From positions 160,001 to 224,000 of IMG/VR virus record IMGVR_UViG_3300043177_000122: a DNA stretch of 64,000 nucleotides; one strand, given 5' to 3'. The notes beneath the pieces were generated by a model. It had not been told where the DNA came from and did not search any database. It saw only the letters and a program-made list of their open reading frames with translations. This document shows, piece after piece, positions 37,728 to 47,828 of this stretch; the first letter of the stretch is position 1; each line of letters begins with the position of its first letter. The DNA is from a virus. Its lineage: Duplodnaviria > Caudoviricetes. Made by a program: the position numbers and the translations under genes.

Positions 37728-38558
37728 ATGAGAATATTTAGGTTGGCAGACCTCGTAGCGCATAAGTATGAGCTGGTGTCTGAGGGAGCCGCCTCATTGC
37801 AGACCGTCTTGCGTGATGTCGAGTCAAAAATAAAGGATGCCTTCAGAAACTATATTGACCTTAAGACGGTTACGTCTAAGGCGTATAATGCTATTCCAGT
37901 AATGGCTCATCATGGCGAACCGCACTGTCAAAAGATAGTGGGTCACATGCAGATTATTACTGCAAATATCAAAGAACTCATTGCGCATCCTACTCGCTTA
38001 TTCAAAGCGCTTAACAAAGTTTTGGCACTTATTTCTTCTCTAGATGAAGCAATTAAGAATACTAAAAAGAAGTCGCCTGAACATTTACCAACCCAACAAG
38101 TTCTTAATGCTACATTAAGTGATTTAAGTAGGTTAGAAAATTCATTGAAACGTTTTTCCTCACTAATAGTTAGTGCTGCTAAATTATTACAACCATTTGT
38201 TCCGCCCGATGAAGAGGGAAAAGGTGCAGAGCTTGAAGGAAACGTCGTTGTTCCTGAGGCTTTGCCGCTAACAAAGAATGAAAGAAGAAATTTCTTCTTA
38301 GAACATCCAAATGAGGCTGCCGCCTATGGATTTACGGGGCCGACCTTATTGGATAATCTAGATATTGTGCTTAAGATACTCGAAGAGCCTGGAATGTCTA
38401 GAGAATTCGATAAATTTGTTAGAGCTATAAAAGGTAAGGGAAATCCGGAAAATGGTAATGTGATTAGACAAATGGCTCAATCTATTTCTGAGTTAATTCA
38501 AAGACGTCAGTCAACTAATCTTCCCGCATTAGAGAGTAAACCAATTTTTGAGGAATAA
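37728..38558 (+). CDS. hypothetical helical protein
   Basis: 276-aa ORF. Confidence 0.75.
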   Translation: MRIFRLADLVAHKYELVSEGAASLQTVLRDVESKIKDAFRNYIDLKTVTSKAYNAIPVMAHHGEPHCQKIVGHMQIITANIKELIAHPTRLFKALNKVLALISSLDEAIKNTKKKSPEHLPTQQVLNATLSDLSRLENSLKRFSSLIVSAAKLLQPFVPPDEEGKGAELEGNVVVPEALPLTKNERRNFFLEHPNEAAAYGFTGPTLLDNLDIVLKILEEPGMSREFDKFVRAIKGKGNPENGNVIRQMAQSISELIQRRQSTNLPALESKPIFEE

Positions 38559-38569
38559 GAGGCTATACT

Positions 38570-39283
38570 ATGAGAATTTCTGAACTATTGAATGCAATGG
38601 CTTCCTGGCTAGAAAGTCCAAATAATGAAGCTATGTTGCTTGCAGAAGCTGATGAAAAGTGCATGCATATAGTAGCAGAGTCTTGTGTTCTGGCTGCCGC
38701 ATTGCTCAAGAAGGCCGCTGATGAAGTAGATGTTCTTGAGCCACCTACTGAATCTGTTCTTACTCCAGAAGCTATTGAAGAGACTGCTGCATTAGCTACG
38801 GCTCTTGATCAGAGTGGTGACCCGCAACTTAAGAGAATGGCCTCTGTATTGGACGAGCTTCTTTTAACTATTGCTGCTCCACCAAATGCCTATGCTGAAC
38901 GTAAAGATTTAGTAGATTCTAGGGCAGATGAAATCAGAAAAAAGTACGAAGAGCCACGTAAGGAATTGCATAAGGTAAATCACCTTGGACGTTCTGAAAA
39001 GGCTATTGAAAATAGTGGATTTACCAAAGAATATAAGATTCTAGAGGCTCCCCTAAGCTCTCGTTACTGTCCAGATCATCCTGGCGCTCAAATTGCACGT
39101 GTAGGCGAACACGTATGGCAGTGTGAACTTGATAAAAAAACTTATAATTTTGAAACTGGCTTCGAATTAATTAACGGATCTAAAGTTCCTGGTGGAGACG
39201 TATCTCAACAGACTAACGGATTAAACACTCCATTCCATGCTATTTTTGATACGCGTGAAGGTAGACTAGGTTACAACAAGTGA
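38570..39283 (+). CDS. hypothetical protein with C-terminal CPDH...C cluster
   Basis: MRISELL N-terminus, ALDQSG motif, SSRYCPDHPG. Confidence 0.78.
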   Translation: MRISELLNAMASWLESPNNEAMLLAEADEKCMHIVAESCVLAAALLKKAADEVDVLEPPTESVLTPEAIEETAALATALDQSGDPQLKRMASVLDELLLTIAAPPNAYAERKDLVDSRADEIRKKYEEPRKELHKVNHLGRSEKAIENSGFTKEYKILEAPLSSRYCPDHPGAQIARVGEHVWQCELDKKTYNFETGFELINGSKVPGGDVSQQTNGLNTPFHAIFDTREGRLGYNK

Positions 39284-39432
39284 TAGATGAGCACATCTCA
39301 AAATTTCAAGAGGCCATAAGAGAGGTTTTGTCACAGTTAGATCCGGAGGCGGCTCAGCTTTTCTTAGACCGTTTCATGGAGAAATTGAATGAACAAAAAC
39401 GCACTCAAGAAAATTCTGGAACATCCAGATAA
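39280..39432 (+). CDS. 50-aa mini-protein paralogous to the C-terminus of the next gene (not in ORF track)
   Basis: GTGA overlap; IDEHISKFQEAIREVLSQLDPEAAQLFLDRFMEKL, 19/35 identical to the end of 39389..40147. Confidence 0.6.
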   Translation: MIDEHISKFQEAIREVLSQLDPEAAQLFLDRFMEKLNEQKRTQENSGTSR

Positions 39433-40147
39433 AGATGAAATCATCGGTAAACTAGTCTTAGATTATCCACCAAAAGAAATTCATGAATGGCTTGCTGGCA
39501 AATATACTAATGTTAGTGAAGCTAAGTTTGTTATTGCTGAAAAATCTATTAAAGTATTCAAAGATAATTATTTAGATGTCTATTCTATGATCCGTGAGGA
39601 TATGATTAAGACCAAACAAGCTGTAGCTACCAGTACAGAAGAACAGTTAGAATTAGCTGTTAAGAATAATTCCACTTACAAAAGCAAAATGTTGGAATTA
39701 GCTGGTAAAGAAATAGATGTTCGTCAAATGGTGGCTCATTTGTGCATTGCTATTGAAACACGTTTAGGTCAAGTATTTGATGAAATTCAAGAAGACCCAC
39801 GTAATATCAATACTAAAATTGATCGTGTTTTGATTGAATACGGTGAATTGTTAGGTAGTTTATTAGAAAAATATTATAAATTCACCGAGAATCCAGCAGA
39901 CTTGGTCATTCAACACAACGTGACTTTGCAAGCAGTAGATCAGCATATTTCGGTATTTCATGATGTAATCCGAGATGTTTTGTCTCAGCTAGATTTAGAA
40001 AGCTCAATGCTATTTATGGAGCTTTTCCAAGAAAAAATGGCTAAATTAAAAGCGCCAGCTCACGAACAACCGCTTAACACAGATATGAAACTTGCTGAAG
40101 CAAAACTTCTCAACGAAACCATTAACAAAAAGTTGAATAATCAATAA
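39389..40147 (+). CDS. helical protein, candidate small terminase subunit
   Basis: N-terminal HTH-like KILEHPDKDEII...EIHEWL plus coiled coil, recalling Mu gp27/DUF3486-like proteins; unverified. Confidence 0.45.
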   Translation: MNKNALKKILEHPDKDEIIGKLVLDYPPKEIHEWLAGKYTNVSEAKFVIAEKSIKVFKDNYLDVYSMIREDMIKTKQAVATSTEEQLELAVKNNSTYKSKMLELAGKEIDVRQMVAHLCIAIETRLGQVFDEIQEDPRNINTKIDRVLIEYGELLGSLLEKYYKFTENPADLVIQHNVTLQAVDQHISVFHDVIRDVLSQLDLESSMLFMELFQEKMAKLKAPAHEQPLNTDMKLAEAKLLNETINKKLNNQ

Positions 40148-41949
40148 TGCCAGAGAACAAACCTTCTAAAAAACCAATTATCGATATGCCTTCCAAAAAG
40201 CAATTGGCAAAGGTCGTTGGCCCATATTCTGATAAGGAGCTAGAGCTTACGCCAGAGATGGAAGAAAAGATGAAGAAGGACATGGAGTTTTTCGATCTCT
40301 ATGGTATTGATTATAGTAAATTTAAACCAGAGTTTCTTTCTTTTATCACTGATAAAAAAGCTTATCCTAACTATGACCAGTATCAGTATATTGCTGGCCA
40401 ACATGATCTAAAAAAGTGGATGTATGCTCTTAAAAACATTCACTATAAGCAAAAAGCAGGATTTCCATATCGTGAGGCCATTAAGACTGCAACTCAGGGT
40501 TGGAATAAAATGGAAATTTACGATTTCTTAAATTGGTTAAGGTTCTACGGAGAGGGGACTCACATGAAATATAAGTTTGCACAAGTCTGGTACACCAATG
40601 ATCAGCCAGGCTACTTCTTACATATCAAACCAGATCCTCCTAAAGAACCTGAGCCTCGCTATGATGCTAATGCTGTAAATGATGCTCGTGAAGAAGCTGA
40701 ACGCAAAGAAGAAAAAAGACAAATCATTGAAAAGCAACGTGCAAAAATTATTGGCCGCTTAGACTCTGCTGAGAAGTTGTTGCGCTCTCAAGATGGCCAA
40801 GAATTTGCTGGTAAAGAGTTAGAAAACTTGATGGAAGCAATTTATGCTCTCAAGAAAAAAGTTCAACTTGTTAACAAATTAAGCATTTCTACTCGTTTAT
40901 ATGAAGACATGATTGTGCGTGAAGGAAACGTACTCAAGCGTAACGGTTTTACTAAAGCTGCAGAAATATTGTATTCTCTCGCTCAAACTCCAGGCGCCTC
41001 TGCTGAAGTGGCACAAGAACAGTCAGCTGGAGATGCAGTTCCGCCACCAGTCCCACCTCCACCACCAACTGATCCATCTGGTGCCCCAGGAGGTCTACCA
41101 GCTACTCTGCCAACTACACCTAGTGTTCAAACAGAAAAGCCAACCTCAAAAGCTATAAATGAGTTCATTAGTAATATGAATGAAGGTAATAAAACTGATG
41201 CCACTAATTCTGAAGACGATCAATTAGAAGTAGAAGATTCAGAAGAGCCGTTGATGGTAACTGAGGCACAAATTACTCCTGCACCGCCTCCGCCACCTGC
41301 TGTTTTGGAAGATATTCCAACTACAGACACCCCAGCTCCTGATAGAAATCCTCCAGCATTCATTCCAGAAGCCACGCCTAAAGCTAAAAAACCTTTAAAA
41401 GAAGAACCACTAGAAGTAACCGAAGAAGATTTACCTCCACCAGGTGGTGAGGGACCATCTACAGAAGGTAAACCTTTGGGCGGTGTAAGTTTAGATAAAA
41501 TTGATAACGTATTCAAAGATGTTTCAATGGAAGAAATTGTAGCCGAATTAGAAGATATTTCTACTTACTATAAAGTACGTGAAATGCCAAGACGACTTGC
41601 TCGCCTAGATATGATGTTTGATGCTAAAGGAATTTCAGTATATTTTCCAAGTTTATCAGAAGCTCAGAATAGGGCGTTAGATGCTAATAATTATATTGCT
41701 ACTCGTATTGATGATATCTTGGCTAAGGTTCGTGGTGCTATGGTAACCAACGATATAGCCTCTAAATTGAAGACTGATCAAGATAAAGAGAAGCAGCGTA
41801 AGCAAATGAGAAAAGAACAAGAAAATGCTGAATTAGAAGGCGGTCCGACCCCTCCAGAAGGCAAAGAAACACCAAACGTTGAATTAGGAGAACTAGGAAC
41901 TCCAGCAACACCTCTACCAGCAGCTCCAGCAAGACCGTCAGCAGTTTAA
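40147..41949 (+). CDS. 600-aa acidic, Pro-rich protein (probable head/internal protein)
   Basis: KFAQ site, NGFTKAAEIL motif, long Pro/Glu-rich linkers. Confidence 0.75.
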   Translation: MPENKPSKKPIIDMPSKKQLAKVVGPYSDKELELTPEMEEKMKKDMEFFDLYGIDYSKFKPEFLSFITDKKAYPNYDQYQYIAGQHDLKKWMYALKNIHYKQKAGFPYREAIKTATQGWNKMEIYDFLNWLRFYGEGTHMKYKFAQVWYTNDQPGYFLHIKPDPPKEPEPRYDANAVNDAREEAERKEEKRQIIEKQRAKIIGRLDSAEKLLRSQDGQEFAGKELENLMEAIYALKKKVQLVNKLSISTRLYEDMIVREGNVLKRNGFTKAAEILYSLAQTPGASAEVAQEQSAGDAVPPPVPPPPPTDPSGAPGGLPATLPTTPSVQTEKPTSKAINEFISNMNEGNKTDATNSEDDQLEVEDSEEPLMVTEAQITPAPPPPPAVLEDIPTTDTPAPDRNPPAFIPEATPKAKKPLKEEPLEVTEEDLPPPGGEGPSTEGKPLGGVSLDKIDNVFKDVSMEEIVAELEDISTYYKVREMPRRLARLDMMFDAKGISVYFPSLSEAQNRALDANNYIATRIDDILAKVRGAMVTNDIASKLKTDQDKEKQRKQMRKEQENAELEGGPTPPEGKETPNVELGELGTPATPLPAAPARPSAV

Positions 41950-41957
41950 GGAGATAA

Positions 41958-42731
41958 ATGAAACTCCGTGAACTGCTTCAAGAGATGAAGAGAGTCCAAA
42001 CGAATATAGGCGCTTCAACGCCGTATATTTGCGGAGGTACGCCTAGAGATAAGTATATGGGCAAGCTAGAAAACATTGCAGATATAGATATTACTACTGG
42101 TGATAAAACAGTTGACTATTTATCACAAGAATTTTATCTTAATTTGCGAAAGAAATTTAATGTGACTCGTAAAACTATGGAAGATGGACATAGTACCATT
42201 TTTATTGGTAGTTTAAAAGTTGATTTCTCATCTAATTTTAATGCACCAAATATCGATCAAGAGCTTGCTAAAATAGGAATTGCCAATCCTACTAATATGC
42301 AGCGTGAAATGTTTAGTCGTGATTTTACTTGTAATACATTATTGCTTTCTACCGATCTTAAACAACTTGTAGATCCAACTAAAAGAGGGTTCAAAGATAT
42401 TAAAGAAAAGAAAATAAGAACCTGTTTGGCCCCAGAAATAACTTTAACATCCAATAGAAATAGAGTGGTTAGAGCAATCTATTTAGCTTGTAAGTTAGAT
42501 TTTGATCTAGATGAATCAATTATTGAATTTGTACGTAAACATCCTGATTCAGTTAAGATCTCTACCGAGAAAGCGATGAATGATAAGTTAAATGAAGCTT
42601 TCTCAAGAAACCCAGAAAAGGCTGCCGTTCTTATCACTCAAATGAATATATGGAGCTATATTCCAATTACAGAAAAAGTATATCCATACTATATGAAGCA
42701 GGTAAAAGGGAAAATCAATGTCAAGAAATAA
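41958..42731 (+). CDS. tRNA nucleotidyltransferase/poly(A) polymerase family protein (class II, head and neck only)
   Basis: YICGGTPRD, DIDITT, RDFTCNT, NRVVRAIYLA motifs; 257 aa. Confidence 0.88.
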   Translation: MKLRELLQEMKRVQTNIGASTPYICGGTPRDKYMGKLENIADIDITTGDKTVDYLSQEFYLNLRKKFNVTRKTMEDGHSTIFIGSLKVDFSSNFNAPNIDQELAKIGIANPTNMQREMFSRDFTCNTLLLSTDLKQLVDPTKRGFKDIKEKKIRTCLAPEITLTSNRNRVVRAIYLACKLDFDLDESIIEFVRKHPDSVKISTEKAMNDKLNEAFSRNPEKAAVLITQMNIWSYIPITEKVYPYYMKQVKGKINVKK

Positions 42732-43554
42732 GCAAGCTTATTTCCAGGGTGGTGGCGGGGTAAATGAACCTGAGCCAAAGAAAAAGAAGTATAAGTCCGA
42801 GCCGGCTATTGTAGTTCAACCAAGGTTCAAGGAGCCGCTTTATCGCAATTACGATTTATACAATACTCCCGGCGAGCACGGCCCAGGTGCTGGTTGGCAT
42901 GATATGGAAAAGTATAAAAGCATCGACGAATTTTTAAAAGCCAAAAGAAAGAAGCTCAAGGATAAGTATAAGGCCAACGACTCTTGGATCCAGGACGATA
43001 ATTCTAAAATAAAGAAAAACCCAAACATTAAAGCTAGAGCAGCTATTTTTGAGGAAATCATTAAAACAGCTAGAATGCCGGGCATGGGAATTTACCATAC
43101 ACTTCGTAGAAAATTTGGTCCTACCAGAAGAGAAATTCTGGAGTATCTTGAATCAATGGATGAAAACAATATTGATTTTCCAATTGATGAACAAATTGAT
43201 AGTGAAATGATAGGCTCAAGCATTGATGATGTTAACAATAATCCAGTGGGTAATAGTAATTTAACTGGTGGTAAATTGGATGAATATCTTCCTAAAAATG
43301 ATTTTGAGGGCAAGCATCCTACTACTTTAAATTTTGGCAGAGATTATTCTGAGGAGTCTATTCCTAATAATGAGGTCCTTGAAAAACTTATTAATAAGTA
43401 TCTATCTTCATCGGAGCCAGACTTATTTGGTTTACCAAACGGCATTGATCCTAATTCTGATTTAGATGCTGAGAAGACTATGGATACGGAAGAACCATTC
43501 AAAGGGACATCCGATATTGGTACGGATATGTATAGAGATAATTGGGTTATCTAA
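42718..43554 (+). CDS. hypothetical acidic protein sharing its N-terminus with the scaffold repeat
   Basis: Starts MSRNKQAYFQGGGGVNEP. Confidence 0.75.
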   Translation: MSRNKQAYFQGGGGVNEPEPKKKKYKSEPAIVVQPRFKEPLYRNYDLYNTPGEHGPGAGWHDMEKYKSIDEFLKAKRKKLKDKYKANDSWIQDDNSKIKKNPNIKARAAIFEEIIKTARMPGMGIYHTLRRKFGPTRREILEYLESMDENNIDFPIDEQIDSEMIGSSIDDVNNNPVGNSNLTGGKLDEYLPKNDFEGKHPTTLNFGRDYSEESIPNNEVLEKLINKYLSSSEPDLFGLPNGIDPNSDLDAEKTMDTEEPFKGTSDIGTDMYRDNWVI

Positions 43555-43621
43555 AACCAACTATTATCATTGCATACAACCGCATATTATCATATAAAGA
43601 AAGCACTCTAGAGGTACCTAA

Positions 43622-44692
43622 ATGACTTTACAATCCACAGCACAACAGCTATACGTCATAGACCCGATCTCCCCGGCGTCACAGCTACCGGCCCATGACG
43701 AACATTCAGTAGTAGCTATTCCTGCGCATTTTGATCATGGTGGCGAAGAAGAGCTTATGAGTGGACCGCTTGAAGTAACAGAACCTGGCGAAATTGAAAT
43801 TGTCGTAGAAAAAATTCCAGGTGCTCCAGATGGCCCAGATCCAGTTATTGAAGTTGCTGATGAGTCAATTCATGTTGAGGATAATGAGCCAAAGAAAGAA
43901 TCTGAAAAAGATGAGAAGGGTAGCAAATGGAATTGGTCTAAACACGGTCCGCATGGATTTGTGGCTTGGGTTAAAGAAAGACTTGATTCCGTTCCAAAGC
44001 ATTCCGGGTATGATAGTGCTGGGCTAGAACGCGCTATGGCATATATGGAAAAACTTGATAGTGAAATTTCTAAGGCCATGAGAATGGATCTTGATTCTGA
44101 ATTGGATGCTAACCAAGTAGAAAAAATTCGTACTCAACTCGATGATGGCCTTGCTCGTTTACGTGATCGTCTAGAGAAGGTTAAGGATTCAAAAAAGTCT
44201 TCCAAGAAGCGCAAGAAGAGCGCACAAGAATTACAACCACAAATCGACAAAGTTCTTGAAAAGTATGCAGATGAAGATTTGCAAGCCTGGGTAGAAGATA
44301 CTGGTGTTCCAGGTGAAGAATGGGATGCAAAAAAAGTAATCATTCAATTAGCTAACGATGGTTTTGAGCCAGGTTTTGAAGGAACTAATATCATTAAAGA
44401 GGCACAAAAGATTACCGGAGTTCAAGGCGTTTATGTTACCGTTCCTCTTTTGATCTCTAGAGTGGCACGTGTTTGCATTAATGGTACTATTTCTGCTGGA
44501 CATGATATTGAAGATTTATACAAGCGTCAAGTGGCTAAGTATAAGTTAGACGATCGTGAACAAGCAGAAGTCAGACAGCTATTATGTGATATGGGCTATC
44601 CACTTCGTGAGGACCGCGGTTTCTTTCCAGATGATGATCTAGAGGTTTGGGACAGCGACAATATGGATTGGTCCGCAAACTACAAGGCATAA
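43622..44692 (+). CDS. hypothetical acidic protein
   Basis: 356-aa ORF, GAGG RBS; KSAQ and KEAQ sites. Confidence 0.78.
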   Translation: MTLQSTAQQLYVIDPISPASQLPAHDEHSVVAIPAHFDHGGEEELMSGPLEVTEPGEIEIVVEKIPGAPDGPDPVIEVADESIHVEDNEPKKESEKDEKGSKWNWSKHGPHGFVAWVKERLDSVPKHSGYDSAGLERAMAYMEKLDSEISKAMRMDLDSELDANQVEKIRTQLDDGLARLRDRLEKVKDSKKSSKKRKKSAQELQPQIDKVLEKYADEDLQAWVEDTGVPGEEWDAKKVIIQLANDGFEPGFEGTNIIKEAQKITGVQGVYVTVPLLISRVARVCINGTISAGHDIEDLYKRQVAKYKLDDREQAEVRQLLCDMGYPLREDRGFFPDDDLEVWDSDNMDWSANYKA

Positions 44693-44693
44693 A

Positions 44694-45353
44694 ATGACTA
44701 AAAATTACAGGCGCCAAGGTGTTGTTAATAGACAATCTGATGAGTCATATAGTGAGGATCATTGGTTAAAAGAGTTTGAAAATAAACTTCAAAAGACCAG
44801 TGTTCAGCCTCGTGGTCAGAGTCTGTATGATCAAATTAGTTCAATCATGAACTCTAAATCTAAATATCCATCAGTACAAGCTGCTGTTGATGATATGATG
44901 CACCGTAGTGGATTAACAGCCTATCTAGAAAATGTAAAAACTTCTACTGAAGAAGCCTCTGATAAACCAAAAAAGATTGCACAAGATAATCAACAGGCTA
45001 AGCACACGCATGAACATAAAAATAAGCCTTCCCTTAAAATTTTAGAGAAGATTCCTGGCCTCAAACGTACTCTTGAGAATATTATTAAAGAGACCAGAGG
45101 TAACATGCCAATCTCAGCGGTTGTAGCCCGCTTGCAATCATTGCATTCTAGAGATACATCTGATGAATCTATTTGGGATGATGATGAGTTGTTGCGTTTA
45201 ATTAGTCACTGTAATCTAGAAGCTAAAAAATCTAACCCTGGTGTGTTTGAAAATTTTGATAATCTTGGCCAAACAGATCATGGTAGCAATGAATCAGACA
45301 TTGATGCCTCAAATACTGATGCTTTCAACGCATTAATGCCTGCCAAAATTTAA
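44694..45353 (+). CDS. hypothetical protein
   Basis: 219-aa ORF; KIAQ site. Confidence 0.75.
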   Translation: MTKNYRRQGVVNRQSDESYSEDHWLKEFENKLQKTSVQPRGQSLYDQISSIMNSKSKYPSVQAAVDDMMHRSGLTAYLENVKTSTEEASDKPKKIAQDNQQAKHTHEHKNKPSLKILEKIPGLKRTLENIIKETRGNMPISAVVARLQSLHSRDTSDESIWDDDELLRLISHCNLEAKKSNPGVFENFDNLGQTDHGSNESDIDASNTDAFNALMPAKI

Positions 45354-45921
45354 GTTGCTTTGCACTTACCCGGCCTGTTTTTTCAGGTTCTGAAGGATAT
45401 TTTTCATTCCACAACTTACTATATTTACAGTTGTAACATAATAGCTTTTTGTCTTTAGTAATATTGAGGTGTTCAACCTTATCACTATTACATATTTGAC
45501 AACATCCACCATAGTATTTGACTAGTTTGTGTCTGTAGGATTCGGCATATTTGTTTTTGAAAACTTTACCATATCTGCAATTGTAACATAACACCTGATA
45601 TCCACTTTTTAATACGATATTGTTATACAGATAATTGATGTCTCCATTGATTGTTAACTTAGTATACTCATCTTCGCCACAATTTACGCAAGCATTACCA
45701 TAAGCAAAAATAACAGCACTTCGTTTCATACGATAGCGGCCGTTTTGTTTTTTAGAGTAGTTTGGATCTGATTGATGATATTTTTGATCCACGATTTTAC
45801 GACAAGGCTTGCAGATATAATATCCCTTCTTTTTGTCGCTATTGGCCCGGTTTTTAGGTGACAATGAAATGCCACATTTGAGGCATCCGCGTTTTCTTCG
45901 TTTTTTCGTGGAAGCAATCAT
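45325..45921 (-). CDS. degenerate HNH/endonuclease VII-like protein with duplicated zinc modules (strand mislabelled in the ORF track)
   Basis: CAT at 45919-45921 and TCA at 45325-45327 on +; YGNACVNCGE...LTI...QVLCYNC and YGGCCQIC...LLCYNC; the usual DH after LTI is absent. Confidence 0.7.
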   Translation of the reverse strand: MIASTKKRRKRGCLKCGISLSPKNRANSDKKKGYYICKPCRKIVDQKYHQSDPNYSKKQNGRYRMKRSAVIFAYGNACVNCGEDEYTKLTINGDINYLYNNIVLKSGYQVLCYNCRYGKVFKNKYAESYRHKLVKYYGGCCQICNSDKVEHLNITKDKKLLCYNCKYSKLWNEKYPSEPEKTGRVSAKQLKFWQALMR

Positions 45922-45944
45922 ACTGAATATACGATCATTTTAGT

Positions 45945-47828
45945 ATGCCAAATTTAAATATAGAGAACAAAGAAATTTTTGAGAAGATGAAGAAACAACT
46001 TCTCATGATGGATCCGGTATCATTTTGCGAAGCCAACTTAACTTTAGATGGTGAACCATTCTCACTCACAAGCAATGGGTACAAGCCCTTCAGTGATATC
46101 TACAGATACATTGGGATCAAAGCATTAGAGAAAGATTCCAAACCAGTTATTCTAGTAAAGGGACGTCAGGTGGGAGCTACTACCATGGCAAGTGCTCTTG
46201 AGATGTATTTTATGGGATCTGGTTTGTTTGGAGATGGATTCCGTCCACCAATTCGTGTCATTCATGCATTTCCTCAGTTAGAACTGGCGGCAGCCTATTC
46301 AAAAACTAAACTTCAACAAATGATTGCTCAGGCTAAGATTCCTGAAGGTACGCCAGAAAACAAATCATCTCGTCCAAAGTCTTTCATGCAACAATTGCTT
46401 GATACTACAACTCCGACTAATGACTCCTTGCATTTTAAGCAGTTTATGGGAGGAAACCACTTGTGGATTGAGTCTACTGGTGTAGATGCTGACAGAATCA
46501 TGGGTCGTACTGCTGATATTCTTTTCTTTGATGAAGTGCAGAAAACAACAAGTGTAGCTATTGGAAATGCTCTTAAGATTTTAACCAACGCTAAGTATGG
46601 TAAGCCTACTAAGGGTGTACAGGTATTTTTCGGAACGCCTCGTCGTAAAGGTTCAGATTACCATAAGATGTGGCAATCTTCTTCCCAACAGTATTATTAT
46701 CTTGGATGTGGGAAATGTAAAGAGTATTTCCCACTTTATACTCCAGGCTCTGATGACTGGGAAAAAGTTTGGATTTATGGTATGACTGTTAAATGTACAC
46801 ACTGCGGTCATGAACAAAATAAACTAGAAGCTCAGGAGCGTGGTAAGTGGGTTGCACTTAAGGATCCTAATGATCCAGATTGTGCTATGGTTGGATTTCA
46901 TATCAATCAGCTTTACATGCCTAAATTTACTAGAGAGGATATTGAAAAAGAAAAACCAGGTAAACATCCAATCAATACAGAGCGCGTATTTCAAAATGAA
47001 GTTTTGGGAGAGTTTTATCAAGGCGATGCGACACCAATGTCTCCAGAAGATATTCGTGTTAACTGTGCCGATTTTGAAAGAAAATTTAGTCCTCGCATCA
47101 TGTCTCCAAAAGGTATGACACAGTATTTAACTGTTCTTGGAATAGACTATGGCGCCCGTTCAGATTTAGAACAATTAGCTGATCCAGAAAAAGTTAGACC
47201 AGCAGGGCAGTCATATAGTACTGCCGTTGTTTTGCAAACCAAAGGTCCAAGTATATTGTCAATTGAGTTTGCAACTAAATTCAAACGTAATGATATTGAG
47301 GGCAAGAAAGGCCTCATTGATCAGCTAATGAGACAATACAGCATTCAATTAGCTATTGGAGATATTGGTTATTCTAATGACTTTTCTGCGCTACTTCATA
47401 ATACATATGGAGATAGATACTTAGTATCACGTGCCCATAATAAGGTAAATGAGCATGTTAAGTTTAATCACGAAGCATTTCCAAAAGAAATCATTTTTGA
47501 AAGAGACTTTTATATTAGCGAACTCTACGATCAGATGAAAAAAGGATTGATTAGATTTCCTTATGGAGATTATGAAAAAGTTGCGTGGTTAATTGATCAT
47601 TGTTGTAGTATGGAATTAAAGCCTTCTATTTCTAAATATGGTGATCATACTGTACATTATGTTAAAGGCGGCACACCAAATGACGGATTTATGGCACTAT
47701 TGAACGCTTATTTGGCATTTAAATTCCTAGTAAGTAGAGGATTTACAAATAATAACCCTACATTGCATAATACTAAAAACCTGACCAAACCCATGGTAAT
47801 GACTGGATATGTTCCTAGGAAATTCTAA
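45945..47828 (+). CDS. terL: terminase large subunit (GpA-like)
   Basis: KGRQVGATT Walker A, LFFDEVQ Walker B, FGTP motif, CGKC...CTHC zinc finger, IDYG RNase H-like nuclease, PNDGFMAL. Confidence 0.9.
   Translation: MPNLNIENKEIFEKMKKQLLMMDPVSFCEANLTLDGEPFSLTSNGYKPFSDIYRYIGIKALEKDSKPVILVKGRQVGATTMASALEMYFMGSGLFGDGFRPPIRVIHAFPQLELAAAYSKTKLQQMIAQAKIPEGTPENKSSRPKSFMQQLLDTTTPTNDSLHFKQFMGGNHLWIESTGVDADRIMGRTADILFFDEVQKTTSVAIGNALKILTNAKYGKPTKGVQVFFGTPRRKGSDYHKMWQSSSQQYYYLGCGKCKEYFPLYTPGSDDWEKVWIYGMTVKCTHCGHEQNKLEAQERGKWVALKDPNDPDCAMVGFHINQLYMPKFTREDIEKEKPGKHPINTERVFQNEVLGEFYQGDATPMSPEDIRVNCADFERKFSPRIMSPKGMTQYLTVLGIDYGARSDLEQLADPEKVRPAGQSYSTAVVLQTKGPSILSIEFATKFKRNDIEGKKGLIDQLMRQYSIQLAIGDIGYSNDFSALLHNTYGDRYLVSRAHNKVNEHVKFNHEAFPKEIIFERDFYISELYDQMKKGLIRFPYGDYEKVAWLIDHCCSMELKPSISKYGDHTVHYVKGGTPNDGFMALLNAYLAFKFLVSRGFTNNNPTLHNTKNLTKPMVMTGYVPRKF

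Noticed and set aside
42727-42755. AYFQG resembles the TEV protease site ENLYFQG (possible vector or tag contamination)
   Set aside because: Lacks ENL, occurs three times in native context with a diverged YWQG copy; coincidental.
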